From positions 58,970 through 122,969 of IMG/VR virus record IMGVR_UViG_3300045538_000426: 64,000 nucleotides of DNA; one strand, given 5' to 3'. Origin of the DNA: a virus. A program made the translations under genes and the position numbers. The number at the start of each line of letters is the position of its first letter. Position 1 is the stretch's first letter. Below, one piece after another: positions 19,676-29,663 of the stretch. A model generated the notes under the pieces. The model was given only the letters and a program-made list of their open reading frames with translations. It had not been told where the DNA came from and did not search any database.

Positions 19676-20329
19676 CTAATTTGTTCCGTTTGATTCGAGG
19701 AAGTGCTTCCAGTCAGCGTGTTTTGCCTCTGTGATTAAATCACAGACTTTAATAGGACCGGGAGCGAACGGCTTACGGATTAACTTCAATCCGACTTCCT
19801 CATTCATCCGGTTTCCCTTTCGGGTGTTAATTTCCTTCGAAGTAACAACCATGTTAGTCCAGCTATCCTGACCGCCTCTGCTCGATGGGATAATGTGGTC
19901 GATGTTAGCGTCGTTTTTATTCAATGGTTTACCTGTGTATTGGTCAATGCCTCCGTCACGTCTCCAGAGAGCTTCCTTGGTGGGCTTTCCACGAAACATC
20001 CTAAGCGGCATCTTCGTGTAATTAGTTGCAACCACAACCGTAGGAACTCTAATTTCACTGTGAGCACTGTTGATGGTTACATCCCAAGGACGGATAGGAA
20101 GTTTAATCCAATCATCCCATGTTAAAGGAATGATTTGCGTTGGCTTATCAAAGTCCGGGTTACCATCTACATCGAGTTCATAGTGAATATCCAATGCAAC
20201 CGAAGACGGTTCCCGTTCGGTGGATGCTCCACAGAGCTGAATTATCGTGTCTTTGACGGTTTTGTAACCAACCACTTTCCAGCTTCGGTTAAGACTCAAA
20301 CAGATTAATTTTTGTGCGATGTTGCTCAT
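19676..20329 (-). CDS. HNH endonuclease (McrA-like)
   Basis: DQYTG...IDHIIPSSRGGQDSWTNMV...N. Confidence 0.9.
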   Translation of the reverse strand: MSNIAQKLICLSLNRSWKVVGYKTVKDTIIQLCGASTEREPSSVALDIHYELDVDGNPDFDKPTQIIPLTWDDWIKLPIRPWDVTINSAHSEIRVPTVVVATNYTKMPLRMFRGKPTKEALWRRDGGIDQYTGKPLNKNDANIDHIIPSSRGGQDSWTNMVVTSKEINTRKGNRMNEEVGLKLIRKPFAPGPIKVCDLITEAKHADWKHFLESNGTN

Positions 20330-20443
20330 AACAAGGTTAAATATACCTCACTTTGAAAAAAAGTCAACGATTTTTTTTAAGTTCCAACTGAAGATGATGG
20401 AAAATATCCTACACGGGAATAAAAACTGGCGGGTGTCTATCGG

Positions 20444-21091
20444 CTAGATTATTTCATCTATTAGTCCGTATTTCAAACATTCTTCTGGAGACAGACAGAG
20501 GTCGTGTTTCAACATTTCATTCAATTCTTTTTCCTTAAATTTGGTGTGTTTTAGATAGACTTTTTTTATCATTGACATGACCAAATCTAGGTTTTTTATC
20601 TCGTCTTGGAATTGTGCGTAATTTCCCCACATTGCTGAACTTACCTGATGAATCAACATATTAGCATTCTTCCTCATGTAACGTCGGCGACCCACTACAC
20701 TTATCAAGGTCGCTGCGGATGCGGCTATTCCCTCAACATACGTGTCAACCGGAACCTTGCTTGCAATAATTCTATCAACGGTTGTGAAGCTACTATAAAC
20801 TTCTCCGCCTTCACTTGAGATGAACAACTCGATTGGAGGAATCGATGTGAGGTTATATTGAAGTTGAATTAATCGGATTTGTCTCTCCGTCTCGGATAAT
20901 TGTCGGTTAAGCATATAGATGCTGTCCCGTGTGACGTCACTGTAAAAATAGAGTTGATTTGTCTGACTGGATAAGGAAATGCTTTCCCGTTGAGGTTTTA
21001 CATCGTCACATTCATCGGCGGTGACGGAGAGGGAATATTTTCGGTTATCACGTAGGGGGGATTTCATAATGATAGGAGAACGACCATTCAT
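20444..21091 (-). CDS. clpP: ClpP-family protease subunit
   Basis: ISSEGGEV, GIAASAATLIS, MLIHQ, LKYGLIDEI; start set by TATTTATA at 21098-21105. Confidence 0.85.
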   Translation of the reverse strand: MNGRSPIIMKSPLRDNRKYSLSVTADECDDVKPQRESISLSSQTNQLYFYSDVTRDSIYMLNRQLSETERQIRLIQLQYNLTSIPPIELFISSEGGEVYSSFTTVDRIIASKVPVDTYVEGIAASAATLISVVGRRRYMRKNANMLIHQVSSAMWGNYAQFQDEIKNLDLVMSMIKKVYLKHTKFKEKELNEMLKHDLCLSPEECLKYGLIDEII

Positions 21092-21135
21092 GCTACGTAT
21101 AAATATGAGACGACCGACCAATTCACTTTTATTAG

Positions 21136-21600
21136 TTAGACTAAAATGACATCGTCGAATCCCTCCGCTGTGGTTGGTCGAACATATTTTGCTAACATCT
21201 TATCAATAACGAATTCCGGAACCTCTCGTCCTCCGCTGGATTTCCTTTTAGCTTGATTTCTCATCAATGTAGCCTTATTTCTTTCGAGGACATATGCAAT
21301 TATCTCCACGCCGTGTTTTCTCCCCGATAAAATGTAATCTTTACGTTCCTTCGGATTCAGACTCGTAGCGTCGATCATAACATCTTTCCCTGACGCCAGG
21401 TCACGGTTGAGGTTGTATTTGATTGTAGAAAAGACCTGTGCTGTAACGGATTGGTCAGATTCATCTCTACCCAATATACCCCTCAATTTGTCGCTGCTGT
21501 GGACAATTACATTCGGGTGAGATTTTAAAAAGTTTTCGATGAATGTGGATTTTCCTGATCCAGACACTCCTACCATTATGTATAATTTTTTCTTTTCCAT
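21136..21600 (-). CDS. AAA_33/Pnk-like P-loop kinase
   Basis: GVSGSGKST, HSSDKLR, IDATSL, R...VPEFVI. Confidence 0.85.
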   Translation of the reverse strand: MEKKKLYIMVGVSGSGKSTFIENFLKSHPNVIVHSSDKLRGILGRDESDQSVTAQVFSTIKYNLNRDLASGKDVMIDATSLNPKERKDYILSGRKHGVEIIAYVLERNKATLMRNQAKRKSSGGREVPEFVIDKMLAKYVRPTTAEGFDDVILV

Positions 21601-21605
21601 ATAGA

Positions 21606-22013
21606 TTATAACAAAGACGCTGCCCGCTTGTAATTCTCAATGTAACTTTCGATATTTTCTTTGCCGATTGGATTCATCGAGTGGACGGCATACTCCGGAA
21701 ACTTTAACCTGTTATCCATACAGTATTCTACTGCCCACTTGGCGCAATCGTATCCGGTCTTATCTTTGAAGGTATCATAGAGTCGGTTATAATCCTCCTT
21801 ATTATTTCTATACATAGCGGGGTTATAATGTTCAGCTCCCAGGTCATGGTCAAACGAAATGAACAACGGCATGCCGAGGCTGTCTATGGTACTAACGAAA
21901 TCTTTGTAATTTCGGACAACAGTCCATGGAAACGGTGGAAGATTTACCCAAGTTACATTCTTCGGCCACCTCTCATCGTCGAGGAAAATATAATAAACAG
22001 ACGTATTCATCAC
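21606..22013 (-). CDS. cyclic-phosphate-processing receiver-domain protein
   Basis: IFLDDER, ISFDHDLG, KTGYDCAKW, VHSMNPIG. Confidence 0.75.
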   Translation of the reverse strand: MMNTSVYYIFLDDERWPKNVTWVNLPPFPWTVVRNYKDFVSTIDSLGMPLFISFDHDLGAEHYNPAMYRNNKEDYNRLYDTFKDKTGYDCAKWAVEYCMDNRLKFPEYAVHSMNPIGKENIESYIENYKRAASLL

Positions 22014-22040
22014 CGAAGTCTATCAGGTTGTTTTGAATTG

Positions 22041-25000
22041 TCAATTTACAAATACCATCTCATTGCTTAGTATTAATATATGAGTGTATCTTTCCCAACT
22101 ATTAAGCTCTCGGTCGGATTTTTTCAATGGTCCTTTGAAATCTAATTTTGAATCCCAAGTGACCGGTGTGATTGAATTCACGTCTTTTATCTCCGATACC
22201 TTTATTACCAGTGTATAATCTTTATTAAAATTGGTTTCATTTGCCATCACGAACTCCAATTTGTCATTCACGTTTATGGTGAGGTCGAGGTTGAACGGAA
22301 CTTCAGCGGGTTTGTTCAATACAACTTGAGTTTGTATCACGCCGTTTTTATAAACAAACAACTTCGTCACGTCGCCTGGTTTACCAACAACACCCACGGA
22401 ACCCGAGACTGTGAACGTTCCGCTTCTAGGTGAAATCCACTGACGGGAAGGTTTTATACTTGTATTTTTTGACAACGAACCACCGGTTCGGTTTATATTG
22501 ACTCCCTTGAAAAATTCATTGGTAGAACTATAAATGTCTCGATTAAACGATTGAAACTCGAAAAAGTTGGATGTTGATTTTGTTTTGTCATTTGTGACGC
22601 GGTATCCATACTTCCAATTATACTCCTTTTTTACATCCGACATATCTTCCTTCATCGCACCTTCGATGTAACGAATTCCGATTTTGATTTCCAAATCAGA
22701 CGGTTCTCGTTGGAAGCAGATTCTATACAATGTTCTAATTTTATCTTCCTCTGTTATTATACGGACGAATTCCGGCCTAGATACCATGTTTCTAACTTGT
22801 TCGATTACCATGGCGTTATTCATCAAGAACAATGCTTGTTTCGGAACAGTGGTCTGGAATCTTCTTCCCGTGGTCATTTCGGGAGTAGCAAAGTCGAACG
22901 TTGTGAATACTTCCGGCAGACGACCTCTATCAACTAATCCATATACTGTTCTACGAGTAGAATACTCTCCACCAGCAGAAGCAATCAAATTGACCGACTG
23001 ACCGCCCATATTCGTGTCTAATTTCCCACCCAAGAATAAAATGGTATCCCTTAACGTTTCAAATCCAATTCGGGTGGTGTTCATTTTCCAGTGAAGTCGA
23101 TTATATGGGTCAATTAAAGACTTTCTGCCGTCACTATTGGATAACTGACGGTATGTTGAGGAATTCATAATAAGCCTGTGCATATCTTTCACCGACCATC
23201 CGTTTTTAATAAATGTGTAAGCCAGGTAGTTCAGTAATTCATAATGAACTGGTTTCGGTGTATTGATTCCGAAATCATCCACGGACGTTACCAATCCCTC
23301 ACCAAAATGGAATTGCCAAATTCGATTGATGATAACCCGTGACGTAAGTGGGTTGAGTGGATTTGCGATACTCTTTGCCAATTCAAGTCTTCCACTTCCA
23401 TTGGTGAAAAGATTTGGATTAAGATAATCAAACGTCGATATAAAACGCCTCGTTACTATCGGTCCACGAGTGCCGGGATCACCTTTGATTAACACGGGCG
23501 AATCGGTTGCTCTCGGTTTATCACCCAATGCCATTGCTCTAGGCGGAGTCGATGGGTGGGCGATTTCGTGAGTGATTAATTTTCCACGTTGTTGTCTGAG
23601 TTCATTGTCATACTGCATCGTTTTTTGATTACTGGCATAGAATCTCGGAAACGAGTCACGGTCTATGTCAAGTGGACCTCCATTTTTAAAAATTGCTGAG
23701 ATGAATCCTTCCAATCCAACCGTGTTAGTCGGCGTCACACTCACAGTAATGACTGCGTTGTGATATGCTGACGCCAAATCTTTCATGTTCTTTATCACGC
23801 CTATCTTTTTTATGTGGGATAGGAGATATGGGTTTACGTTAGTTCCGTTCTCTGATATAAACGTAGAGAATTCCTCTTTGAATTTGGTATCGTCTACGTT
23901 ATACATCGAACCGAATGGTAAAAATACAGCTGACGTCGGAGTTACAGAAGACTTCTTCGGCACTTTTGGCGTGGATTGAACTGCTACCCCAGCATCGTTC
24001 GAAACAACTGTAACTTCCATTCCACCCCTCATATTTGGTTGACGGACATTTATCATCGACGTCCACCTCTGAATCATTCTTATGTTCAGACCGGAGTCTC
24101 GGATGTAATCGGTTCTGTTAGATGACGCCACTGAATTTAGAGCATATCCACCATACACATTTTTGAAAGTGTTTGTTTTAAATTCGTTTAGTGCGGCAAG
24201 GTAACGAGAGTTTATGAAACCCTCAATCTCTCCTTCTATCACAGTTCGTTTGTTTAAATAATCCTTGTAACCACTCGTCTCCACTACGGGATTTAGGAGA
24301 GGTTTTTCGGAATCATTTGGAAAATATGAACTATTCAACACTCCATGTAGAGCATAATAATCTTTTGTGCTGATCGGGTCGAACTTGTGGTCATGGCAAC
24401 GAGCACAAACAACCGTTGTGGCCATGAATCCTTTGAATATTACATCTATTTGGTCGTCAATAATGTCATTGGCGTTTCCGGAATTTTTACCAAGGGTCAG
24501 AAATCCAAGTCCCGCTAAATCTGGCCGTTTAATATCGTCCAATTTATCTCCGGCTATCTGCTCTAATATGAATCGGTTGAATGGTTTGTTTTCGTTAAAA
24601 CTTCGGATAACATAATCACGGTAGGTGTAAGAGTATGTGTAACGAGGTTCTCGATTTCCATTAACTGTTCCAGTGGTGTCGCTGTATCTGGCAGTATCCA
24701 ACCAGTGCCTTCCCCACCTTTCGCCATACATGGGATTGTCTAACAATCGGTCTATTAGTTTGGAATATGCATCTGAGGAGGAATCCGATAAAAACAATTC
24801 CACGTCTTTTTCGGAAGGCGGCAGACCTATCAAGTCAAAATACGCTCGTCGAATTAAAATCTTTTTGTCAGCTATCTGTGACGGCATCAGATTAGTTTTT
24901 GCAAGTTCTGTGAATACAAAGTTATCGATTGGGTTTGATATCCATTTACTAGATGACTTCGGTATCTCCGGCAATGTCAAAGGCTTGTAAGCCCAATGTT

Positions 25001-25406
25001 CTCTGGATTCTTTACCTAAGTCGACTAACTTTGTTTTTTCCACTCGTGGATCAGGTGCGCCATTTTTAATCCATGTCTCAAAATCTGATATTACCTGTGG
25101 AGATAATTTCCCATCGGGCGGCATTTGCAGATCTTTATCTGAATATCGCATAGCCTTTATAATCAAACTCTGCTCTATGTCGTTTGGAACCACGGCCGGC
25201 CCGTTTTCTCCTCCCTTTAAGGATGCGTCTCTGTTATCCAATAACAGCTGGCCCTTAGCCTTCTTCCCCTCGGCGCTGTGACACTTATAACATTCCTTGA
25301 TTAAAACTGGACGGATTTTCTTCTCAAAGAAGTCAGATTCATCTTTAGTGATTGCTGTGACGTTTAATGTCAGCAGATAAATGCACAATAGTATAATTTT
25401 GTTCAT
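22041..25406 (-). CDS. planctomycete cytochrome c protein (PSCyt1 + DUF1549 + DUF1553)
   Basis: Signal peptide, FFEKKIRPVL, CYKCH, YGERWGRHWLD, CARCHDHKFDP, NPLTSRVIINRIWQ. Confidence 0.92.
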   Translation of the reverse strand: MNKIILLCIYLLTLNVTAITKDESDFFEKKIRPVLIKECYKCHSAEGKKAKGQLLLDNRDASLKGGENGPAVVPNDIEQSLIIKAMRYSDKDLQMPPDGKLSPQVISDFETWIKNGAPDPRVEKTKLVDLGKESREHWAYKPLTLPEIPKSSSKWISNPIDNFVFTELAKTNLMPSQIADKKILIRRAYFDLIGLPPSEKDVELFLSDSSSDAYSKLIDRLLDNPMYGERWGRHWLDTARYSDTTGTVNGNREPRYTYSYTYRDYVIRSFNENKPFNRFILEQIAGDKLDDIKRPDLAGLGFLTLGKNSGNANDIIDDQIDVIFKGFMATTVVCARCHDHKFDPISTKDYYALHGVLNSSYFPNDSEKPLLNPVVETSGYKDYLNKRTVIEGEIEGFINSRYLAALNEFKTNTFKNVYGGYALNSVASSNRTDYIRDSGLNIRMIQRWTSMINVRQPNMRGGMEVTVVSNDAGVAVQSTPKVPKKSSVTPTSAVFLPFGSMYNVDDTKFKEEFSTFISENGTNVNPYLLSHIKKIGVIKNMKDLASAYHNAVITVSVTPTNTVGLEGFISAIFKNGGPLDIDRDSFPRFYASNQKTMQYDNELRQQRGKLITHEIAHPSTPPRAMALGDKPRATDSPVLIKGDPGTRGPIVTRRFISTFDYLNPNLFTNGSGRLELAKSIANPLNPLTSRVIINRIWQFHFGEGLVTSVDDFGINTPKPVHYELLNYLAYTFIKNGWSVKDMHRLIMNSSTYRQLSNSDGRKSLIDPYNRLHWKMNTTRIGFETLRDTILFLGGKLDTNMGGQSVNLIASAGGEYSTRRTVYGLVDRGRLPEVFTTFDFATPEMTTGRRFQTTVPKQALFLMNNAMVIEQVRNMVSRPEFVRIITEEDKIRTLYRICFQREPSDLEIKIGIRYIEGAMKEDMSDVKKEYNWKYGYRVTNDKTKSTSNFFEFQSFNRDIYSSTNEFFKGVNINRTGGSLSKNTSIKPSRQWISPRSGTFTVSGSVGVVGKPGDVTKLFVYKNGVIQTQVVLNKPAEVPFNLDLTINVNDKLEFVMANETNFNKDYTLVIKVSEIKDVNSITPVTWDSKLDFKGPLKKSDRELNSWERYTHILILSNEMVFVN

Positions 25407-25438
25407 AATTTATTAACCGAACGACGTGCGTTCTTTGA

Positions 25439-26827
25439 TTAGGCGATTACCTTCGTTGCAACTTCACCGAAAACATCCGTGAGGCGGAAATCTCTTCCAT
25501 TATAACGATAAGAAAGTTTCTTATGGTCGTATCCGGTCAATCGGAGAATGGTAGCATGTAGATCGTGAACCGACATTTTATCCTCGACGACTTGTCCACC
25601 GAATTCGTCAGTTGCACCATATACTGTGCCACCCTTGACACCACCGCCGACCAATACAGAAGACATAGCACGGTTCCAGTGACTTCTTCCGAATCCATTG
25701 GCTCCACCGACACCATCACGAGCAGGTGTTCGTCCGAACTCGCCTGTCATGACGATTAGAGTGGAATCTAATAGACCACGGGATTTCAAGTCTTGGATAA
25801 GAGCTGCAATCGGTCCGTCCACTTGGTCAGCTGCATTTTTAAGAGAACGGCTGATTCCGTCGTGGGTATCCCATCCACCAGTCCACACTTGAACGAATCG
25901 GACTCCCTTTTCAACCAATCTACGAGCAATAAGCATTTGTTTTCCTTGACTCGTGGTTCCATATGAGTCACGGACTGATTGAGACTCTTTGCTTATATCG
26001 AATACGTCAGTGGCCTCGGTCTGCATCTTGAATGCTAGTTCGAAACTCTGAATACGTGCGTCAAATGCCTCGTCCTTTTGAAAATTCTGACGGTGGATTT
26101 CATTGAGAGATGATAATGTGTCTAATTGACTACGTTGCTCTTTGAGAGACGCATATTGACTTTTGATGTTTTGAATCATCTTATCAACCGATCCAAGTGA
26201 CGTGTCAATCGGCGTTCCCTGATACATTCCTGGGAGGAAAGAACTTCCGAAATTTTGTGTTCCACCGGTTGGCATTCCACCGGAACGGAGACTGATGAAT
26301 GCTGGAAGGTTGTCGTTTCCGCTTCCCAGTCCATATACCACCCACGAACCCAAACTCGGTCGTACCAATCGAAGATTTCCGGTATTCATGAAAATCGTCG
26401 CTGTTTCGTGTGCTGGAACGTCGGTTGTCATTCCACGGAGAACCGCTGCGTGGTCAATGTGTTGTCCAATCTTCGAGAACACTTCACTGACTTCGATTCC
26501 AGATTTTCCACACTTATTGAACTTGAATGGAGATCCACATGCAAGTCCACCCATTCCAGGAAGAGGCTGACCGTCCATTTCTACCAATTTTGGCTTCGGA
26601 TCCCACGTATCAATGTGGGATTGGCCGCCGCTGAAGAAAATGTGGATGATATGTTTTGCTTTAGATGGGAAATGAGTGGCGACACCTTGTGCACCAGACA
26701 AGTCTCCCTCGAAAAGAGATGTCGCTCCCAACATTCCCATTCCCATGCCAAATTTGGATAAGAATTGTCGCTTGGTCATGATTAAATCCAACGGGGATAC
26801 GGAGTCTTGGTTACAGTATTCTTTCAT
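25439..26827 (-). CDS. DUF1501 family protein (Tat-like signal)
   Basis: TKRQFL, GGQSHIDTWDPKP, ARRLVEKGVRFVQ, GWDTH, GEFGRTP, DFRLTDVFGEV. Confidence 0.92.
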   Translation of the reverse strand: MKEYCNQDSVSPLDLIMTKRQFLSKFGMGMGMLGATSLFEGDLSGAQGVATHFPSKAKHIIHIFFSGGQSHIDTWDPKPKLVEMDGQPLPGMGGLACGSPFKFNKCGKSGIEVSEVFSKIGQHIDHAAVLRGMTTDVPAHETATIFMNTGNLRLVRPSLGSWVVYGLGSGNDNLPAFISLRSGGMPTGGTQNFGSSFLPGMYQGTPIDTSLGSVDKMIQNIKSQYASLKEQRSQLDTLSSLNEIHRQNFQKDEAFDARIQSFELAFKMQTEATDVFDISKESQSVRDSYGTTSQGKQMLIARRLVEKGVRFVQVWTGGWDTHDGISRSLKNAADQVDGPIAALIQDLKSRGLLDSTLIVMTGEFGRTPARDGVGGANGFGRSHWNRAMSSVLVGGGVKGGTVYGATDEFGGQVVEDKMSVHDLHATILRLTGYDHKKLSYRYNGRDFRLTDVFGEVATKVIA

Positions 26828-26884
26828 AGTGATTATGGTGTTTAGTATAACTATCAAATTGTGGAGTAAAGAAATGAATAAAAT

Positions 26885-27145
26885 TCAATAACTGGTTTGT
26901 CGTTTTAACATGAATCCAAAACCTACGATTCTAAATGAAAATACCCAAAAATACTTCTCACCGTCTTCAAATCTTGTATCGAGATATAATAGTTCAGTTG
27001 GGGCACTTACCGAAAATTGACTTCCTCTGTCATCTTCCATTACACATTCCCTTTTTTTGGTAAAAACGAAATTCGGAAAATAGAACACGGTTAATGAAAG
27101 ATAATTAAAATCCCCCCGCTTGAAAATGTATTTAGTTACTTCCAC
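26885..27145 (-). CDS. hypothetical protein
   Basis: 86-aa ORF in minus-strand run. Confidence 0.6.
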   Translation of the reverse strand: MEVTKYIFKRGDFNYLSLTVFYFPNFVFTKKRECVMEDDRGSQFSVSAPTELLYLDTRFEDGEKYFWVFSFRIVGFGFMLKRQTSY

Positions 27146-27158
27146 AAAGTTGTGCTTT

Positions 27159-27422
27159 CTATTTAAAAATTGTACACCGTAAGTTAACCGATATTAAATT
27201 ACATTTCTTTATCGACAGTGAATCAAAAATCGTAATAATTTCCTCATCCTTTGCGTTTTTAATCACATCTCCGTTTATTTTAATCTGAGCCTGCCAGCGG
27301 GTTAGTTTTGATGCATAATCAGCAGCGTCCTTGCACTTAACATCGGATATGTATTCATGTATTCTATGTCTTCCATGTTCCCCGGAATAACCTTTATATG
27401 TTATATACTCCAACGGAACCAA
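27159..27422 (-). CDS. hypothetical protein
   Basis: 87-aa ORF. Confidence 0.6.
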   Translation of the reverse strand: MVPLEYITYKGYSGEHGRHRIHEYISDVKCKDAADYASKLTRWQAQIKINGDVIKNAKDEEIITIFDSLSIKKCNLISVNLRCTIFK

Positions 27423-27452
27423 AGTCTTTTTTGTTTCGGTTAAAAAACATAA

Positions 27453-27851
27453 TTAAATTTCCCCATCGACGAGATGAAGATGACAAATTTGTTGTTTGTC
27501 TGCCCATTCCAAAATCTGCGCATAAACCTTCATTAGATGGTCATAATCATAATCATCTTCGGAAGCAAATCGGCCGGGCAACGCCGGATCGGTCTTGTAT
27601 TTGGCCATGTTAACTAAAGATTTAACGTTACCGGTCCAATCCCAACGTGGTTCATCTGGGCCCTCGTCGTCACTGATTCCTCCGCCGGTGATAGATGCCC
27701 ATGTATCGTAACAAGAACAGTGTCCGTATTTAGTTAAAGCTGCCCAGTCGTCAATTACAACTGCGACCCAACCAGACTCCTGATAGTCACAGTCGTCATC
27801 CTGTGCTATGATTGAGTTTCGAAATAACTCACTTTGTCCTTTAGTTATCAT
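27453..27851 (-). CDS. hypothetical protein
   Basis: 132-aa ORF downstream of a TTGACA promoter. Confidence 0.7.
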   Translation of the reverse strand: MITKGQSELFRNSIIAQDDDCDYQESGWVAVVIDDWAALTKYGHCSCYDTWASITGGGISDDEGPDEPRWDWTGNVKSLVNMAKYKTDPALPGRFASEDDYDYDHLMKVYAQILEWADKQQICHLHLVDGEI

Positions 27852-27887
27852 GATTGAAGATTAAACTAATTCCATCGGATTGTCAAC

Positions 27888-28114
27888 TTAAAAGCTGGAC
27901 GGCTTCACGACTTCTCCATCTATAATGGGAAGGGGGATCGGTTCCTCGCTCCACATACAATTCCGTTCTTTCTCTACAGTGAATGAATATTCCTCGTTGC
28001 TTGCGTAGAGTTTTCCACCTGACTTTTCTACACATAGAATACACGGGTGTGTTCGCCGAAGTCCGTCCACCAATAATATCCCGCTTTAGTGGGAATTTTT
28101 TTTGTCATTTTCAT
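27888..28114 (-). pseudogene. frameshifted small gene
   Basis: MKMTKKIPTKAGYYWWTDFGEHT continues as PCILCVEK...WSEEPIPLP only after a 1-nt shift near 28045. Confidence 0.5.
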
Positions 28115-28232
28115 ATTTTTTTGCTTTCTTACATTTTTTACATATACCGTCAAATCTAATATAGTTCATCTTGTAGAATTTGTTTTCTGACATCGATTCT
28201 CTACATTCTCTACACGTTATTTTGACAGTCAT
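28086..28232 (-). CDS. small zinc-ribbon protein (48 aa)
   Basis: CREC...CKKC, hand-translated. Confidence 0.55.
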   Translation of the reverse strand: MTVKITCRECRESMSENKFYKMNYIRFDGICKKCKKAKKYENDKKNSH

Positions 28233-28239
28233 ATAATGT

Positions 28240-28683
28240 TTAAAATGAAAAATCTGGGTTTTGATGTATATTTCCGACCACTTTTCTATAAGCTCCTAGT
28301 GGATTGCCGGAATAACGGTCCGATCCACCTGTCTCCAACATACGCCGTGTAAATCCTCGCCACCCCGATTGAATAAAACTCCATTTTACCAGATATGTTA
28401 CGTTATAGAGACGGTCGTTGCTCCAATCATCGTGAACTTTGGTTTGAACTAGATCGTCCTCGTAAATTTCTCTGCCATTCGAATCATCGAATTCACAATA
28501 TCGATTGAAGATATAATCAGATGTACCGGATTCTGTATCCAAACCATCCGTTCTACTTAGAGAAATTTCATTTCCCGTGTGGTGCCATAGAAGATGGTGT
28601 CCATCTGAACTGTGATATGGAATATCCGAAAATATTCTCAGGTTTTTACACCAAACTCGTGATTTATTCTTTAATTTTCTCAT
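28240..28683 (-). CDS. YopX-family protein
   Basis: DSNGREIYEDDLV...VVGNIHQNPD. Confidence 0.8.
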   Translation of the reverse strand: MRKLKNKSRVWCKNLRIFSDIPYHSSDGHHLLWHHTGNEISLSRTDGLDTESGTSDYIFNRYCEFDDSNGREIYEDDLVQTKVHDDWSNDRLYNVTYLVKWSFIQSGWRGFTRRMLETGGSDRYSGNPLGAYRKVVGNIHQNPDFSF

Positions 28684-28702
28684 AAATCTTGATTATATCC
28701 CC

Positions 28703-28879
28703 TCATTCTAATCCCCAAAACTTTCTCATATCTGGATTTGGATGATTTTTGTAAGCAGAAGCTGCACAGTCATGTAGTTCGTCTTTCATATCATCTAGTG
28801 ATCTTGACCTCTCACGGAAGATTTTGTGGGCCACATCAATATCGAACCAATATTCCGTTGGATGTGTTATATTATCCAT
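28703..28879 (-). CDS. small hypothetical protein (58 aa)
   Basis: Hand-translated MDNITHPTEYW...FWGLE*. Confidence 0.5.
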   Translation of the reverse strand: MDNITHPTEYWFDIDVAHKIFRERSRSLDDMKDELHDCAASAYKNHPNPDMRKFWGLE

Positions 28880-29378
28880 TTAGATGCCTTTCTAAAAATT
28901 TCCGTATCTTAGAACCTATTCTTTTGAAGAAACCTACGTCTTCTTTCATTTCTCCGAAAAGATTGTCCAATGCCGCGTCTGATTTGGCGCGATTCTTCCC
29001 TCTAAATTCAAGAAGTTTTACATTCGACACAACTGAATCCCGGAATTCTACTTCGTATTTTACCCAATAATCGTTTTTAAGACGAAGGTCGTCCTCATAA
29101 CCAGCGCAATACAAATCATATATTTCCATGACGAGGTTGTGTGGATTGTAACGTAACCATGTGGGATTTTTTCTCTCATATTCACCGTTCACGACTACAG
29201 CGTCAAAACTTTGAATCCACATAGTCCCATCTTCACGGATTTCGTAATTGGACATTCTTTTTCCTAGATTCTTGGTCTGAAACGTAAAAATCTTATTAAA
29301 ATCAGCCTTCTCTAATTCTTGTCGGTCTTTGGGGAAAGGCAAAGGAAATTTACATTTTATTGTATCGTATAATCCCAT
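28872..29378 (-). CDS. conserved phage hypothetical protein
   Basis: MGLYDTIKCKFPLP...FQTK. Confidence 0.7.
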   Translation of the reverse strand: MGLYDTIKCKFPLPFPKDRQELEKADFNKIFTFQTKNLGKRMSNYEIREDGTMWIQSFDAVVVNGEYERKNPTWLRYNPHNLVMEIYDLYCAGYEDDLRLKNDYWVKYEVEFRDSVVSNVKLLEFRGKNRAKSDAALDNLFGEMKEDVGFFKRIGSKIRKFLERHLNG

Positions 29379-29380
29379 AT

Positions 29381-29659
29381 TTATTGTCGGTTGAACACCA
29401 AATTCGAAAAGTGTTGATTTATCTGCGTCAGCGCGATTTGTTTTCCCGACTGAATTCCGTAGTTATAAGATTGGTCGTTGACGAATCGTAACAAATCCAT
29501 CAAATTGTGAATTGGTTCTCTCAATGGGATGTAAATTCTCAATCCAAGCGCCCATACGGAATGATTCTCTGAACAATCTGGAACTTGAACGGCTCCTATG
29601 GAAAGCAAGAAATCAACCGTAGCAACATCGGCGTGTTCTCTGTGTGTGTAATGTGCCAT
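29381..29659 (-). CDS. hypothetical protein
   Basis: Start placed at MAHYTH just after upstream stop. Confidence 0.6.
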   Translation of the reverse strand: MAHYTHREHADVATVDFLLSIGAVQVPDCSENHSVWALGLRIYIPLREPIHNLMDLLRFVNDQSYNYGIQSGKQIALTQINQHFSNLVFNRQ

Positions 29660-29663
29660 ATTA

